Origin: Zygnema circumcarinatum SAG 698-1b
Taxonomy: Eukaryota > Plantae > Zygnematophyceae
Length of the DNA stretch: 64,000 nucleotides
Assembly: GCA_037447605.1 (NCBI GenBank)
Contig: CM074813.1
Span: 1,550,001 to 1,614,000, forward strand
Direction of reading: 5' to 3'
Within the stretch, counting starts at the first letter, position 1, and each line of letters begins with the position of its first letter. A program made the position numbers and the translations under genes. Below the pieces are notes generated by a model. That model was given only the letters and a program-made list of their open reading frames with translations, was not told the origin of the DNA and did no database searches. This document shows positions 61,160-64,000 of this stretch, one piece after another.

Positions 61160-61436
61160 TATTACTCGCATTTAATGTAGGGTTTAGGTCAGCGGTTTAG
61201 GGTTTAGGTGTTTAAGCTTTGGGGTTCAGGGTTTGATGTTTAGGAGCTGTAGGGTTAGGAGTTTCGTGTTGAGGGTTTTGGGGCCTTAGAATTTAGGGTT
61301 TACGGTTTAGGGATTAGGGTTTAGGGTTTAAACTTTAGGGGTTTCGGGTTCAGGGGGTTCAGAGTTAAGGGTTTAGGGTTAGCGGTTTAGGGCTTAGGGT
61401 TAGGGACTAAGGGTTTAGGGTTGAGGAATTTAGGGC
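61160..61436 (+). repeat. Degenerate telomere-like tract, mostly TTTAGGG heptamer variants, between the convergent PEBP and ETF-alpha 3' ends
   Basis: Repeated GGTTTAGGG/GGTTTAGG with substitutions and some TTAGGG. Confidence 0.8.
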
Positions 61437-61899
61437 ACATCTGGTACTGAAACAATTACTTTGCTGCTCTTTGCTGCTGCCCCTGAGGTTTTGCGAACGG
61501 GTCTCACCAACCGACTCCTATTTTTCCGCATTGACAGTCCAAAAGCCCTAAAAACTTGAAGACTCGATTAAACACCGGAGGAATATGTTCGAGAATTTTT
61601 TTATAGGAGGAAACACAAAAATGAATAAACTCAGAAAATATTCTATACACTCAAATGAACAGAGCTCTCCTGACCACCAAAACACTACACAATGTTTCTC
61701 TCCCCTGTCCATCTCTCCCTCTCCCCCTCTCTCTCCCTCTCCATCTCTGCCATTTCTCTCTCTTATGCCTCTCAGGACGGCCCTCTCTCCCGCTTCCCTC
61801 CCCCTCTTTCACTATACAAATGTTAACATCCCATCCCCCGCGCCCGCCTGTACAACGCATCGCCACAAACTGTTCCTCAAGTCCCACTGCCACTGCCGC

Positions 61900-64000
<2,101 letters not shown>

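Overview
Gene-dense, intron-rich nuclear DNA from a streptophyte (charophyte alga or early land plant). This is inferred from the plant-specific HIT4, STR12 and plastid VTE3 genes and the many short GT-AG introns. I can support 11 host genes by reading splice sites and conserved motifs: an SGNH/GDSL esterase (IAH1-like), deoxyhypusine synthase, a FANCJ-like Fe-S helicase, VTE3, an intronless multi-pass membrane protein, an LLP/LAPS18-like protein, an ARM-like ORF, a 14-exon HIT4-like gene the ORF track largely misses, STR12 (PpiC plus rhodanese), a YbhB/YbcL-type PEBP, and the 3' part of ETF-alpha. Bases 36606-50535 are a gapped (six 10-N gaps), partly frameshifted Ty3/Gypsy block (gag-PR-RT-RH-INT, iMet PBS, ~1 kb LTRs) lying 295 bp upstream of the HIT4 start codon. 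Three observations stand out. (1) The first intron of HIT4, which follows an exon whose only coding bases are the ATG, is mostly a 1.07 kb TTAGGG-type array with a 56-bp higher-order repeat, G-rich on the sense strand. (2) Both outer junctions of the Gypsy block are the same LTR 5' end in perfect inverted orientation with no 4-6 bp TSD, and the LTR 3' end lacks the canonical CA. (3) Dense GTAC and G-box clusters and several structured minisatellites occur near promoters. The assembly inside the retroelement is unreliable, which limits conclusions there.
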